Below are positions 1 through 8,162 of a stretch of 30,284 nucleotides of DNA, one piece after another; position 1 is the stretch's first letter; each line of letters opens with the position of its first letter. A model generated the notes under the pieces. That model did no database searches, was not told where the DNA came from, and was given only the letters and a program-made list of their open reading frames with translations. The DNA comes from Candidatus Xenobia bacterium (GTDB lineage Bacteria; Vulcanimicrobiota; Xenobia; Xenobiales; QWHO01). The translations under genes were made by a program, and so were the position numbers. The DNA lies in NCBI GenBank assembly GCA_045863235.1, contig BTUM01000090.1, forward strand, positions 1-30,284, read 5' to 3'.

Positions 1-1
1 C

Positions 2-424
2 TTTGGCTTCGAGACCGCCCCGCCGGCTCAGGAGGGAGGCTTTGGCTTCGAGACCGCCCCGCCGGCTCAGGAGGGCGGCTTTGGCTTCGAGACCGCCGCC
101 CCACCGCCTGAAGAGAGCGGCTTTGGCTTCGAGAGCGCCGCCCCACCCGCTGAAGAGAGCGGCTTTAGCTTCGAGACCGCCCCGCCGGCTCAAGAGAGCG
201 GCTTTGGCTTCGAGACCGCCCCGCCGGCTCAGGAGGGAGGCTTTGGCTTCGAGACCAGCGGATTGGGGGTCGAGACCTCCGCTCCACCGGCTGAAGAGAG
301 CGGCTTGGGGGTCGAGACCGCCGCTCCACCGGCTGAAGAGGGCGGCTTGGGTGTCGAGACCGCCGCTCCACCGGCTGAAGAGGGCGGCTTGGGCGTCGAG
401 ACCGCCCCTGCCCAGGAAGGCGAA
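2..424 (+). repeat. In-frame coding tandem repeat, 39/42-bp units
   Basis: Units start at 2, 41, 80, 122, 164, 203 and 242 (FGFETAPPAQEGG-type; the 242 unit is a half unit), then 263, 305, 347 and 389 (LGVETAAPPAEEGG-type). Confidence 0.95.
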
Positions 425-2026
425 CCGGCAGCGACCGTACCGCCGGTCGAGGAAGCCGTCCTCGAGAGCGAGGAACCCCCGGAGCCGGAAGCCCCGCCCG
501 TTGCCGAGGAGGCACCGCCTGCGCCCGAGCCAGAGCAAGCTCCTGCCAGCGGCAATGGGGTTGGCGGCAGCGCCATTCTTGAGCAAGAACTGCAGGCCAG
601 GCCCGATGAGCAGGGAGCACTCGAGCCCGAGCCGTTTGTGCCGACCACTGCAGCCGAACTGATGAGCGAGGTCGAGCGCCTGGAAGAAGAGGCGCAGGCT
701 CGCTCTCTGTGGGAAGGCACGCCCCGCTCCATCGCGGCTCTCGAGCTTTGTCGCAACTGGCTCAGCGAGAACCCCGAGGCCGGCGACGTGCGCGACCTCT
801 ACTTCCAGACCAGCCTGGCCGCATCCGACCGGCTGGCCCTGGGCGCCCTCTACGAAGCCGTGTGGCTGCTGGAGAACTGCCTGGAGGTTCAATTCGACGA
901 GGCGGTCAGCAAACGGCTTGGCCAGATCTACGGTGCCATGGCCGACCTCCTGGTGCGCCAGGAGCGCTATGATGAGGCAATGCCCTATTGCCTGCGCCGA
1001 CTCGAGCTTCATCCCGAGGATGTCGAAGCCCGGGAAGTCGTCGAGAAAGGTCTGGCGGTGTGGGAGCCGCTGGCCGCCGAACTGGGCCAGGAAGTGGAGT
1101 ATCGGCGCGCCCGGGCTCGCCTGCGCCTGTTGACCCGAGCGGGAGCCTCCAGCGAGAGTCTCAAAGCCGTCTCCCCCTCGGGTGAGGCCATCAAGCCGGT
1201 TGTCACGGCTGAAACCCCGGCGACCGCCGCTCCCCCGGTGGAGGCGCCCGGGCCCGAGACACCCCCCGAGCCTGAGGCGACCTCGACCCTCGAGCCCGAG
1301 CCCCCCGAGCTTGAGGCGACCGTTCCGACCCCCGAGCCTGAGACGACCGCTTTGACCGAGCCTGAGGCGATCGCTTCGACCCCCGGGCCTGAGACCGCTT
1401 CGACCGAGCCTGAGGCGACGGCTCCGACCCCCGAGGTCGAGACACCCGAGGTCGAGACAGCCGCTGCGAGCTCCGAGCTCGAGACGGCCCCGGCTTCGGG
1501 CGAGTCCGAAGCCGGATCCGGGACGGAAGAAAGTCGGGAGCCGGTGCCCATCGAGCCTCCCGCCGAGACCGAGGAGGCCTCGATCGAGGCTCCCCCTTCG
1601 GAGGAGGTGGCTCCGGCCGAGCGCAGCCTGCAGAGCCTGGAAGCTTCGCTGGAAGCGGTGCTTTCCCAACCCGAAGCCGTCGCCGAGCCCGAGCCCGATC
1701 CCCTGGCCTCGGCCCGCCAGCGACTGCTGGCCGATAGCCACGACATTCAGGCTTTAAAAGAGGTCAACTCACGGCTCGAGGGCGCCGAGCGAGTGGCCTT
1801 CTACCGCGATCTCACCAGCCAGAAGAGCGACGACGCCCAGCTCTTCATTCACCTGGCCCGGGCCCTGATCGCCGGGGGTCAGCCCCAGGTGGCCGTGGTG
1901 CAGTTCCAGAAGTCACTCAAGCTCAAGCCCAACCCGGAAGTGACCCGGGAGCTGGCGGCCACCTATCAGGGGATGGGCAAGGCGGCCCTGGCCACCAAGT
2001 TGCTGGCCAGCCTCGAATCAGCCTGA
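2..2026 (+). CDS. 5'-truncated acidic Pro/Glu-rich repeat protein with TPR-like helical domains
   Basis: Frame +2 is open from base 2 (FGFETAPPAQEGG...) into the 263..2026 ORF. TPR-like segments (LGQIYGAMADLLVRQERYDEAMPYCLRRLELHP; FIHLARALIAGGQPQVAVVQFQKSLKLKPNP) alternate with acidic low-complexity linkers. Confidence 0.75.
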   Translation, partial: FGFETAPPAQEGGFGFETAPPAQEGGFGFETAAPPPEESGFGFESAAPPAEESGFSFETAPPAQESGFGFETAPPAQEGGFGFETSGLGVETSAPPAEESGLGVETAAPPAEEGGLGVETAAPPAEEGGLGVETAPAQEGEPAATVPPVEEAVLESEEPPEPEAPPVAEEAPPAPEPEQAPASGNGVGGSAILEQELQARPDEQGALEPEPFVPTTAAELMSEVERLEEEAQARSLWEGTPRSIAALELCRNWLSENPEAGDVRDLYFQTSLAASDRLALGALYEAVWLLENCLEVQFDEAVSKRLGQIYGAMADLLVRQERYDEAMPYCLRRLELHPEDVEAREVVEKGLAVWEPLAAELGQEVEYRRARARLRLLTRAGASSESLKAVSPSGEAIKPVVTAETPATAAPPVEAPGPETPPEPEATSTLEPEPPELEATVPTPEPETTALTEPEAIASTPGPETASTEPEATAPTPEVETPEVETAAASSELETAPASGESEAGSGTEESREPVPIEPPAETEEASIEAPPSEEVAPAERSLQSLEASLEAVLSQPEAVAEPEPDPLASARQRLLADSHDIQALKEVNSRLEGAERVAFYRDLTSQKSDDAQLFIHLARALIAGGQPQVAVVQFQKSLKLKPNPEVTRELAATYQGMGKAALATKLLASLESA

Positions 2027-2596
2027 CGAGGGCGGCTCCTCGTCCAGGGGCCGAATGCCTCCCTGGTTGATCTCGTTGCGGGTCATCCCGACCCCGGTCA
2101 GCACGTCGACAGCCGTGCTGTACATGAAGCCGTGATCGGTTCCGATGCGCTCCAGGGCATACTCGTGGCCTTTCTGTCTGCAGTGCCAGTAAAGATACTG
2201 GAGCATCCAGAGCGCGTGAGCAAAGCGGGCCACCTTGGCCGGCTCGAACTTGCGCAGATGGATCGGTTGGGCCGAGAAGCACTGGATCAGAAAGCTCTGG
2301 TGATTGCGCAGGATATCCATCGGAGAGCCGCCTCGGAACCCCTGCACGACTTCCGCCACGGTGCGAAGCGACATGTTGAGGGGCTCGGAGAGACCTCCCT
2401 CCTGACGACCCCGTAGCGCCTCGGCAAAGTGAGCCGAGGCCGCCATGTGGTCTTGCTTCCAGACGGCCTGGATGGCGGCGTACATCGGCTTGTCGATGCT
2501 GACAGGGGCAGCTCTTTCGGCCCGGACCGGAGTCTGAGGCTCGGGGGCCTTGGCCGGAGTCTTTTTCTTGAAGGCGGAGAGTAGTTTGTCGAACAC
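2018..2596 (-). CDS. hypothetical protein
   Basis: 192-aa ORF with protein-like composition and GTG start; converges on the upstream gene with a short overlap; no family recognised. Confidence 0.7.
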   Translation of the reverse strand: MFDKLLSAFKKKTPAKAPEPQTPVRAERAAPVSIDKPMYAAIQAVWKQDHMAASAHFAEALRGRQEGGLSEPLNMSLRTVAEVVQGFRGGSPMDILRNHQSFLIQCFSAQPIHLRKFEPAKVARFAHALWMLQYLYWHCRQKGHEYALERIGTDHGFMYSTAVDVLTGVGMTRNEINQGGIRPLDEEPPSSG

Positions 2597-2653
2597 GATA
2601 CCCCCAGACGCTAGAAGTCCGGCCGCAAACCGATGTTGCAGGCGGCCGAACTT

Positions 2654-2676
2654 CTAGCACAATATGTTGGGCGTCG
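2654..2676 (+). repeat. Direct repeat copy 1 (CTAGCACAATATGTTGGGCGTCG) containing an NrdR-box-like motif
   Basis: 22/23 identical to 7254-7276. GCACAATATGTTGGGC matches the NrdR consensus ACACWATATATWGTGT at 12/16; a weaker copy lies at 2723-2738. Confidence 0.6.
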
Positions 2677-2834
2677 CGCAGCCGGAAAAACCGTGTCAAG
2701 GGGGGTTCCGGCCGGGCTCCTGGCACAATCTGTTGATCGGCACGGCCCTTCCGGCCGCGCCTGCAGAGGGTTCCCGTTCTCGGCGCGGATCCCCTTTTCA
2801 GCTTGCTTTCACAAGGTCGGGCTATCCTACCCCT

Positions 2835-3137
2835 ATGAAACGCCGAGCTTTATTCTTCTGCATGCTCCTTGCATTGAGCCTTCTCCCCGCGGCCGGTGAG
2901 CGCACCGGGTGGCTGACAGTCTACAACAACTCCCAGTCTCAGGTGGATGTTACCATCGGCAGCCATTGCACCAAAAGGATCGAGCCCGAGTCGAACTACA
3001 CCTTTGAGCTTCCCATGGGAGACTACCAGCTCTCCTGCATCTCCCGCGAGGGCAAGCGGGCCTACACGAGCCTCTATCTGAGCGACTCCCGTCCTTACAC
3101 CCAGTGGACCATCACTGACTGGGAGTTGGGACGCTGA
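2835..3137 (+). CDS. small secreted beta-rich hypothetical protein
   Basis: ATG at 2835 gives the signal peptide MKRRALFFCMLLALSLLPAAG; about 100 aa with an Ig/PEGA-like strand pattern (LTVYNNS..VDVTIG..LPMGDYQL). Confidence 0.75.
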   Translation: MKRRALFFCMLLALSLLPAAGERTGWLTVYNNSQSQVDVTIGSHCTKRIEPESNYTFELPMGDYQLSCISREGKRAYTSLYLSDSRPYTQWTITDWELGR

Positions 3138-3802
3138 ACGACCGTTTTTTCCAGCTGAACTGGAGCCTCTACGAGAAGATCCTGGCCGGCAACTACCTCT
3201 TCCACCGGGAAGGTTTTGCCCTCCTGCGCCAACAACTCGATGAGTTGAGACAGCCCCTGCGCCTGCTTGACCTGGGCTGCGGAGACGCTCGGCTCATCCC
3301 TGCCCTGCTCGACAGGCTCGAGGTGGAGCTGTACGAAGGGGTGGACAGCTCCGAGCCGGCCCTGGAACGGGCGCAGGCCAACCTGGCCGGGCTTCCCGCC
3401 CGCCTGACCCGGGCAGATCTGCTTGCCCGCGTGAGTCAGGATGGCCCTCCATTCACACTGGGCATGGCCTCCTACTCGGCCCACCACCTCAGACCCGAGC
3501 AACGACCAGCCTTCTACAGTCGCTTGAAAAGCCTGGCCCCCTGCTGGTTATTTCTCGATGTGATGCGCCCCGACCAGGATACCCGAGAGGCCTTCAACGC
3601 CCGCCTGCTCGAACGCTCTCGCCACGACTGGGCCAGCCTGACTCAGGAAGAATACGCCCTGGTGCACGAACACATTCAGACCAGCGACTATCCCATCTCG
3701 AGAGCCGAGCTCCTGGCGCTGACCGAGCCCCACGGTTTCCGGCTGGACATCCTCTGGAGCGACCCGGTGGCGACCGGCAAGCTGTTTCGGCTGCTGCGAT
3801 GA
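3134..3802 (+). CDS. class I SAM-dependent methyltransferase (probable CTG start)
   Basis: Motif I LLDLGCGDA, YEGVD, SYSAHHL. The frame is open upstream of TTG 3245 to CTG 3134 (FFQLNWSLYEKILAGNYLFHRE), with GGGAG 8 nt upstream. Confidence 0.85.
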   Translation: MNDRFFQLNWSLYEKILAGNYLFHREGFALLRQQLDELRQPLRLLDLGCGDARLIPALLDRLEVELYEGVDSSEPALERAQANLAGLPARLTRADLLARVSQDGPPFTLGMASYSAHHLRPEQRPAFYSRLKSLAPCWLFLDVMRPDQDTREAFNARLLERSRHDWASLTQEEYALVHEHIQTSDYPISRAELLALTEPHGFRLDILWSDPVATGKLFRLLR

Positions 3803-4629
3803 GCCGCTATCAGGGCAAGACCGTGGTGATCACGGGGGCCGCCTCCGGGCTGGGGCGAGGTCTGGCCGAAGAGATGGCCGCACACGGGGCCAGGGTGGTG
3901 GTGAGCGACCGGAATGTCTCTCTCGCCGAGGAGGTCGTCGCCGGGCTTACTGGCCGTGGCCTTCAAGCCTGCTCGCAAGCCTGCGACGTGCGCCGCCAGG
4001 ACGAGGTGGAGGAGCTCTTCGCACAGGCCGAGACCCGCTTCGGTCCGGTCGACTACGCTTTCGCCAACGCCGGTTTCGCTCTGGCGGGGATGGCCCACGA
4101 GCTGACTCCCGAGCACTTCCACGACCTCTTCGAGGTCAACCTGATGGGAGTGGTGCGCTGCTGCCAGGCGGCCTACCGGCGCATGCGACCCCGTCGCAGC
4201 GGCCACATCGTCACCACAGCCTCGCTGGCCGGTCTCTCCGGGCTTCCGGGCATGCTCCCCTACTCGACCTCCAAAGCCGCAGTGGTGCGCTACTCGCTCG
4301 ATCTGCGCCTGGAGGCGCGCCCGCACGGCGTCAAGGTCACCACCCTCTGCCCCGCCTTCCTGAGCACGGGCATCTTCTCGGCCTGCCGCACGGTCAACCT
4401 GGACATCGAGCGGCTCCAGGGTCGGCTGCCCCTGCCCATCTCCCCTCTCCAGCCGGCCGTGCGGGCCCTGCTCCGGGGGATCGACCGCAACCTGGCGGTG
4501 GTGACCTATCCCCGGCACGCCACCTTCCTCTGGTGGCTCAACCGTATCAGCCCTTCCCTGGGCCAGCCCCTGGCGGAGTATCTGCTCAAGCACATCCTGA
4601 GCGCCCGACGAGAGGATTCTTCAAGCTGA
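3799..4629 (+). CDS. SDR family NAD(P)-dependent oxidoreductase
   Basis: TGAASGLG Rossmann motif, ANAG and catalytic YSTSK; ATGA overlap with the methyltransferase. Confidence 0.95.
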   Translation: MSRYQGKTVVITGAASGLGRGLAEEMAAHGARVVVSDRNVSLAEEVVAGLTGRGLQACSQACDVRRQDEVEELFAQAETRFGPVDYAFANAGFALAGMAHELTPEHFHDLFEVNLMGVVRCCQAAYRRMRPRRSGHIVTTASLAGLSGLPGMLPYSTSKAAVVRYSLDLRLEARPHGVKVTTLCPAFLSTGIFSACRTVNLDIERLQGRLPLPISPLQPAVRALLRGIDRNLAVVTYPRHATFLWWLNRISPSLGQPLAEYLLKHILSARREDSSS

Positions 4630-4653
4630 CTGGAGAATTCTTCAATCATGCGT

Positions 4654-5160
4654 ATGCGAACCGATGAGATCCGTTTGTTGTCAGCCAGCGAGTTCATCCA
4701 GGCCGTAGGGTGGACCGAAGATCAGCTCAAAGACTCGCTCCAACACGGGCAGGTGCGCTTCCTGGTGGGGGCCGACGGCACCCAGCGCATCCCCGAGACC
4801 GAGGTCAAGCGGCTCAAGGGCGAGCTGCCCGTGCCACTCAACAAGAGCCTGGACATGCGGCTCACGGTGGTACCCATGGAGGTGCACCTGGAGTCCATCG
4901 CCCTGTTGCGTCTCGAGCGCAAGGAGCGGCGCCAGGCCCAGAAACGCAACCGTCACCTGGAGCAGCAGCTGATCACCGCTCAGGTGCAGCTCGCCGGCGC
5001 GCAGAAGTGTCTGTCTGAGAACGCCGAGTCTCTGAAAGACCGCAGCCTGCTGCAGGAAGAGAAGGGCGAGCTGAATGAGCGTGTGCGCCAGCTCGAAGCC
5101 CGTCTGGCCTGGCTGGAGCAGAAGGTGCCCGGATGGGTGCGGCGTCTGTTCGGAGCCTGA
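4654..5160 (+). CDS. HTH (MerR/excisionase-like) plus coiled-coil protein with C-terminal amphipathic helix
   Basis: N-terminal LLSASEFIQAVGWTEDQLKDSLQHGQV...RIPETEV, heptad-rich middle, ends PGWVRRLFGA. Start is 4648 or 4654. Confidence 0.6.
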   Translation: MRTDEIRLLSASEFIQAVGWTEDQLKDSLQHGQVRFLVGADGTQRIPETEVKRLKGELPVPLNKSLDMRLTVVPMEVHLESIALLRLERKERRQAQKRNRHLEQQLITAQVQLAGAQKCLSENAESLKDRSLLQEEKGELNERVRQLEARLAWLEQKVPGWVRRLFGA

Positions 5161-5203
5161 TTTCGAGCCAGGAGTTTCCCTCTCCCGGTTGAATCGCGGG
5201 TGC

Positions 5204-6844
5204 GTGACACGCCTGCTCAGACGAATTTGCCTGCTCCTCTTGCCCTTCCTGGTCGGTTGCGCCGGGGCCGGGGTCCCTCTGCTCGATGGTTCCGGTCGGC
5301 CCCTGCCAGCCCCATTCGACGATCCGGTGCCTGCCCAGGTCAGCGGACGCGCTACCTACGCCTTCCTGCCGGCCCGCTCGGACGGCCGGAGGAGCTTCCT
5401 GGCCTTTGCCGAGGAAGGTGAGCGTCCGGTACGCAGGGCCCGGGTGGCCCTGCTCGACGAGCAGAGCACAGTGCTCTCCGAATCGGTGACTGACGAGAGC
5501 GGAGCCTTCGTGCTGGGCAACCCGGGCCTGGTGGCCCGGGTCAAGGTTCGACTCTTCGCCCAGACGGGGGGTCAGGGGCCTCGCATCCGGGTGCAGGACA
5601 ACACCAACGGCGGGCTGCTCTATGCCGCCGACTCTCCCGTCGAGGACCTGCGCCAGGATCCGGTGGTCAACCTGAGACTTTCGACGGGCTACGACCCGGT
5701 CGGCAACGTGAGCGACCCGATCCGTCCCTCGGGGGCGTTCGCGGTGCTCGACTCCATTCTGACCGTGTCGCTTCTCTTTCAGGAGGCCGGGGAGGACTTC
5801 TCCCTGCTGCCCGAGACCATGGTCAACTGGAGCGTCAACAACTCCACCGCCCGTGGAGACAACAGCACCGGAGCCATCGGAACCAGCCATTTCAACGGCC
5901 AGGAGAACGCCCTCTTCATCCTGGGGAAGGCCAACAACGACACCGACGAGTTCGACTGGCACGTGATGGTGCACGAGTACGGTCACTGGTATCAGTTCAA
6001 CGCCGGCCGCAACGACGCCCCGGGCGGGCCCCACTCCTTCGGCGAGGTGAAAGACGGTCGGCTGGCCTTCTCGGAAGGCTACGGCAACGCTCTGGGCGCC
6101 ATCGTGCTGCAAGACCCGCTCTACCGCGATACCAAAGGCCAACTCTCCAGCGACGGATTCACTGATGACCTGGAGTTCAACAATCAGGCCGACCCGAGCA
6201 CGAGAGGATGGTATTCGGAAGCCACCGTCGGCTACCTGGTGGTCGACCTGTTCGATCCGATCGATCCCCGCGAGCCGAGCGGCCTGGATGACCGCTTCGA
6301 CCTGCCCTTCTCCCTGCTTCGTGAAGGGCTGCTGGCCCAGCGCGATTCGGCCGCCCTGACCACCATCTTCTCCTTCCTGGCCGGCCTGGTGGGTCAGCTC
6401 GATGCTCAGGATCTGGCCGCCCTGCTGGCCTTCCACACCCTGGACCAGGACTTTGGCATCAACGCCACGGACGCTTTTGCCCTGGCTGAGACGCACGACG
6501 CCGGCAATCCCGAGACCCTGCCCCTGTTCCGGCCGGCTGACGCCCTGATCGGGGCCGGTCCTCAGCCCCTGAGCCTCGCCGCCACGGACGGCAACGAGCT
6601 GACCGCCTCCCGCTTCCTGTTGCTGACCGGAACGGGCCGTTCCCTCGAGCTGGAGCTGACCTCCGAGAGCCTGAGCGCTGCGCTGTACGAGAACGGACGC
6701 CAGATGGATCGTTCCCGACTCATCGAGCGGCCCACCAGCGTGGTCTTCCCTACCCTGCCGGGAGCGGTCTACATCCTGGTGCTCACCCTCCCCAACGAGG
6801 GCCAGATCAACACCCAGTTCAGCTTGAGCGAGGTGACCCCTTGA
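5204..6844 (+). CDS. lipoprotein, zincin-type metallopeptidase
   Basis: GTG 5204 gives MTRLLRRICLLLLPFLVGC (lipobox LVGC). DEFDWHVMVHEYGH (HEXXH) plus AFSEGYG as third-ligand motif. Confidence 0.8.
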   Translation: MTRLLRRICLLLLPFLVGCAGAGVPLLDGSGRPLPAPFDDPVPAQVSGRATYAFLPARSDGRRSFLAFAEEGERPVRRARVALLDEQSTVLSESVTDESGAFVLGNPGLVARVKVRLFAQTGGQGPRIRVQDNTNGGLLYAADSPVEDLRQDPVVNLRLSTGYDPVGNVSDPIRPSGAFAVLDSILTVSLLFQEAGEDFSLLPETMVNWSVNNSTARGDNSTGAIGTSHFNGQENALFILGKANNDTDEFDWHVMVHEYGHWYQFNAGRNDAPGGPHSFGEVKDGRLAFSEGYGNALGAIVLQDPLYRDTKGQLSSDGFTDDLEFNNQADPSTRGWYSEATVGYLVVDLFDPIDPREPSGLDDRFDLPFSLLREGLLAQRDSAALTTIFSFLAGLVGQLDAQDLAALLAFHTLDQDFGINATDAFALAETHDAGNPETLPLFRPADALIGAGPQPLSLAATDGNELTASRFLLLTGTGRSLELELTSESLSAALYENGRQMDRSRLIERPTSVVFPTLPGAVYILVLTLPNEGQINTQFSLSEVTP

Positions 6845-7257
6845 GAACCCTGACGAAACTGCTGCTTGCCCTCATCCTGGCCGTTCCCGCCCTGGCGGGA
6901 GGGAACGACCTGCCTGTCAAGGTCAACTGCCAGCACGGGCCCGATTCGGCCGAGGTCGAGGTGCGTTTTCTGAAACCCGCTAGCGAGATCAGCATCAAAG
7001 CCAACGCGCTCGATGGACTGGAGCTGGTGGCCCTGGAGCCCCTGACCCGCTCGCGTGTCGCAGCCGGCGAAGTGGTGCGATTCACCGTGCGTTACCGGAT
7101 GCCAGATGGGCCTGCCGGGTTGAACATCACCGTCAACGGTCGCTTCCCGAGTGCGCCCGCCAGCCGAGCGTATGCCTTCATCTTCCAGTCGGCCGCCCCG
7201 GCGGCACGCTCGACCGACTCGAAGGGACGCGAGGTGCTGGTCGTTCCCGCCCGCTAG
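6841..7257 (+). CDS. secreted hypothetical protein coupled to the peptidase
   Basis: TTGA overlap with the peptidase stop, GAGGTG SD, signal peptide ending ALA, beta-rich. Confidence 0.75.
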   Translation: MRTLTKLLLALILAVPALAGGNDLPVKVNCQHGPDSAEVEVRFLKPASEISIKANALDGLELVALEPLTRSRVAAGEVVRFTVRYRMPDGPAGLNITVNGRFPSAPASRAYAFIFQSAAPAARSTDSKGREVLVVPAR

Positions 7258-7276
7258 AACAATATGTTGGGCGTCG
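7254..7276 (+). repeat. Direct repeat copy 2 (CTAGAACAATATGTTGGGCGTCG), NrdR-box-like
   Basis: 22/23 identical to 2654-2676, exactly 4600 bp downstream. Confidence 0.6.
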
Positions 7277-7292
7277 TCAAGGGGGTTTTCCG

Positions 7293-7319
7293 GCTGCGCT
7301 CCCAGGAGCGCAGCATTTT
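7293..7319 (+). terminator. hairpin terminator between convergent genes
   Basis: GCTGCGCTCC-CA-GGAGCGCAGC inverted repeat followed by ATTTT. Confidence 0.65.
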
Positions 7320-7328
7320 GTGCAGAGT

Positions 7329-8090
7329 CTAAGGTGTGCCCGGAGTGCCGGTGCACTTGATGCGGGTGGGCGCTTTCCAGCCGTAGCCTTGCTCGAGCCA
7401 GTCCAGGGCGGCGTCGTCTCGGTGCAGCACCTGCCCCTGGCCATCGTAGACCACCACGGTGGGCGTGGAGCGCACCTGAAACTGGCGCGCGGCGGGCTGA
7501 TCCCAGTCCACCACGTTGACTTCGACCAGGCTGAGCTCGGGGTGCTCGCGCACGAGCTGCTCCAGCGAGGGGATCACCTTCCAGCAAGCCGGGCACCAGT
7601 CGATGTAGAAAACGACCACATTGGTCCTGGCAGGGCTCAAAGCCGAAGCCAGGTCGATCTCGGCTCCCGGGGAGGCGCGGTTGGGCTCGACCGGCAGGCC
7701 GACGTAGCCGGGCTTGTGACCGGTGGTCAGCTCGGTTGCTCCGTTCCTGGACTCGAGCTTCAGGCCCAGAATGCGGGTCACATCGGCCAGGTTGACCATG
7801 GTGCGCCCCTGGCTGTCGGTGTCCGCCCGCACGTTCTGGCCCTCCAGATACACCCGGCCCGGACCGAGCAGCTGTTTGACAGCGCAGTCTTGCTCGGCGC
7901 CGCGAGTGAGACACCAGCCCCCGTAGGCGCGGTGGCCGCTCAGGCCGAGGGCCAGCATCAAGGGGCGTAGCTCCACCTTCATCGCGTCCCGCGCGCCCTG
8001 CACCAGACCGGGAAAGGGCTGAGAGTCCACCGTGAAACCCTGACCCGAGGCGGGCAGGGTCAAGAGCAACAAAGCCAGCAGCAGACGCAT
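7329..8090 (-). CDS. exported thioredoxin-domain protein
   Basis: Signal peptide MRLLLALLLLTLPASG. C-terminal Trx fold with FYIDWCPAC and the cis-Pro motif VRSTPT; N-terminal domain unassigned. Confidence 0.85.
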   Translation of the reverse strand: MRLLLALLLLTLPASGQGFTVDSQPFPGLVQGARDAMKVELRPLMLALGLSGHRAYGGWCLTRGAEQDCAVKQLLGPGRVYLEGQNVRADTDSQGRTMVNLADVTRILGLKLESRNGATELTTGHKPGYVGLPVEPNRASPGAEIDLASALSPARTNVVVFYIDWCPACWKVIPSLEQLVREHPELSLVEVNVVDWDQPAARQFQVRSTPTVVVYDGQGQVLHRDDAALDWLEQGYGWKAPTRIKCTGTPGTP

Positions 8091-8162
8091 CGGAAAGATG
8101 TTCCGGCCCACGATTGCGGTTCCTTCCGAGAAAATTCAGGCCCCCCGGCTAAGCTGCCAGGG

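Noticed and set aside
3..662. Arg-rich repeat ORF (ASRPPRRLRR...)
   Set aside because: Alternative reading of the tandem repeat; frame +2 is continuous with the TPR protein.
4973..6496. 507-aa - strand ORF (likewise 9377..10807, 25887..27260, 3688..4593 and the off-frame 24049..25704)
   Set aside because: Shadow or alternative frames overlapping motif-bearing genes.
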